From Phoronis australis (Eukaryota; Animalia; Phoronida), in assembly GCA_002633005.1 (NCBI GenBank), contig NMRA01000197.1:68055-132054 (forward strand): a stretch of DNA of 64,000 nt. Reading direction: 5' to 3'. Made by a program: the position numbers and the translations under genes. The notes beneath the pieces are model-generated. The model worked only from the letters and a program-made list of their open reading frames with translations, searched no databases and was not told the DNA's origin. Shown piece after piece: positions 61,501-64,000 of the stretch. The stretch's first letter is position 1. Every line of letters starts with the position of its first letter.

Positions 61501-62410
61501 GTCTTTAACACAGCTAATGAAGGTCACATTTCCTCCGCTACTACAATTATGTAACGAAAATTAACCAAATGTACAAGAAGGAAATTCCTCCACATTCTTT
61601 GCAGAGACAGGAAGTGCATGTAATTTCGAACCCTAAAGTTCTATTGGTAAAGTTAATAAAAGAATGGAGTGTTTTAGAAAATTTGGGTCTCAAAAGTGAA
61701 ATTTAAATTTTTGTGATATTGCATTGTTGATATTAGATCTTATATTTTAGGTGATATCTCTAAACTAAAAGAGTAGCCTCAATTCTCTTGTCAGTCAGAG
61801 TTAGGTCACATCACAAAAATGCTCACGTTTAGCACTAAAAATATGAGACAAGTTTTTTTAAAAGCAATCATCAAAATTCAATCTTAGAAGTGTCTACACA
61901 GAGAATTTCAACTTCAAATATATTCCGATATAGCAGGCAGGTTACGCAACATCTTGCCACTTGTGACTGGCCTGAAAAGTAGTCTCGGAGTTTTCTCCCC
62001 AGCTGAAAATTTAATAGTATCTATGAGTTGCAAATTTCATTTTCTTACTAACCTTACATGAGTCTTTATGACCATCAATTTTAAACTTATTCACCAGTTT
62101 TCCAAGTCTGATTTTTTGCCGTTCAAAAATGCAGTTTTACCCTATACTTGTAGCAAACTTCCGGACCATCTACTGTACCGATTCTTAGCCTTTACGTAAA
62201 AAATTGTAGCCTCCAGAAGCATTTAAATCTTTAAACGAAAACAAAATGGCCGCCACAGCCGCCATCTTGGATCCGATTTTGACGAAAAAACAAATAGGCT
62301 TCCAGTACTTCCAAAAGTACGTGTTATGTCTAAATTTCGTGACGATCGCACGAAAATTGAGACCTGTATCGTGCGAACAACCAAAAAATGAAAGCGCTCC
62401 GAAGAGCGAA

Positions 62411-62731
62411 ACTTGGCGAAATTAACCAAAAAGCTGACCATAAAGATGATGACGAAGATGACGATTATGACAACGATGGTGGCGAGGATGAACAAAAGAA
62501 GTAATAATAACATACACATGACGAACGTAGAAGTCCGAAATCAGTAAGAAAATGGCTACAGTCTTGAGCGACACTTGGCGAAATTAACGGAAAAGACAAC
62601 GACGGAGATGATGACGAAGATGATGACGATGATGACCAATATGATGATTGTGGTGGCGATGATTAACAACATCACAACATTCATATGACGAACTTAGATG
62701 TCATCAATCAATAAGAAATAGGCTACAGTCT
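62411..62731. repeat. Diverged tandem duplication, ~160 bp x2, GAT/GAC-rich
   Basis: ACTTGGCGAAATTAAC...GATGATGACGAAGATGA...ATGACGAAC...GGCTACAGTCT occurs twice. Confidence 0.8.
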
Positions 62732-64000
62732 AGTTCAATAGAAGATAAACCAACATGAATGCAGCAAGAGCGCTCAACAAAGGAACAGCGTTATCAGAAA
62801 ATCTCAAATAACTCGAAAAGTAGACGTTCTAGCGAAAAATGGAAAACATCTTCTGAAAGCCCGTGCAAAATTTTATCTAAACTGATGGTATCGCCTACAT
62901 GTAATTCTGTAAATTATTCGAAAAGAATGAAATTTTGTGTTTTTTTAAGAAATTCAAAGTCAAAAACGGTAAGTCTGAGAAAAAATTGTTACAGGCCATT
63001 TGAAAGAATATACTTCAAAGAATCCACATGCAAAAAATCACGTCTTTTTCTCTTCCCGTTTAAAATCGCACTCCAGCACGACTGAAATTGGGTTAACATG
63101 CGCCAGATCCGCCATCTTGAAAGCATTTTCCGGTTGTTTGGCTTTGTATAATAGCATGTTATAAGAAACTTGTTACTGCAGACTGCAATGTTACGTTATG
63201 TTACGTTATGTTATTCCGATTGGGCGTACGAATACACTTTTTTCCCNCATGTAAGAGGACTTTCTACACTGTAGTTCTTGCGCCAGATGTCGCTCTCTCT
63301 CTGACTATTTATTCTGGTACCGCTCTATTTCAACGCCATTCCACAAACGTTTTATGGTGGATAAACGTCAATGTACATAATTAGTTTCTTCGGAATTTTG
63401 GTTGGACTTGGGGCGATATTGGCGTAAAAACTCATGTTTCTTACAATACAGTTTATTTGCATTCATTAGTATGTTTTTCATGTTCTCTCAGGTGTACTTA
63501 ATGTTTTGAATGCTTGTCATTAATGTATACACTTTGCCAGTTATCATTTTACTTGGGCGTTGTCCTCCTAAATGTTACTGTATATACATGGTAGAGCCCT
63601 ATGCAACATGTTAGCTTGAACATGGTTTTTTTTTTGGTTCTTTCAGTTTACCTACTACTACTGCTATCACGCCTCCTACTACCGCAACATATTATGTCAA
63701 TAACGAGTAAAGCCCCCCGAACCTGTTTGTTTTGCTCCAACATTTGTAAAGCCAATAGCCTGCTGTTCCACTGAATGGACTGCGACATGAATGGACTCGA
63801 TGCGTATGAGTGCTACAGTGAGTCATTTCTATAGTGTCTTGTGAAGTTAAAGTAAACTGGCAGTGTTCAACGGTTATCATGACGTCAGTTGCTGAGGGAC
63901 CAGCTATCAATGACAAGTTGCCGTTAGGTAGCGATGTTAGTATAGTGACAACATCTTCATGTAAACAAGCGAAGACACGCCAGGCTACGACACAGGCCTC

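Larger units (their letters stand above)
57658..62140 (-). mobile_element. Sola3-like DNA transposon (one terminus visible, degenerate transposase)
   Basis: TTAA (57654-57657) followed by GAGCAATTCC terminus; the transposase remnant lies inside; segments repeated at 8352-9712 and 14231-14806. Confidence 0.7.

Noticed and set aside
62223-62519. Hydrophobic membrane-protein-like ORF
   Set aside because: Antisense translation of the GAT/GAC-rich tandem repeat.

Overview
Eukaryotic, most likely invertebrate animal, draft-assembly DNA (two N-gaps plus several single-N joins). It is dominated by decayed transposable elements: Kolobok-like THAP elements, piggyBac, hAT, Harbinger, Tc1/mariner, Sola3, and L1/Tx1, L2-type and HERO non-LTR retrotransposons. 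The only recognisable intact non-transposon gene is a ~13 kb multimodular non-ribosomal peptide synthetase (34520..47539, +) whose sequenced coding region has no introns. Its architecture is C(truncated)-A1-T-E-C(DCL)-A2-T-C(LCL)-A3-T-E-C(DCL)-A(vestigial)-[T hidden in N]-TE. It has a canonical GT-AG intron immediately before the ATG and an AATAAA just after the stop, and no PPTase, MbtH or tailoring genes nearby. It looks like a microbial-type peptide assembly line, predicted to insert two D-amino acids, that has been domesticated in an animal genome. Host identity, donor and product cannot be determined from the sequence alone. All motif readings and alignments were done by eye.
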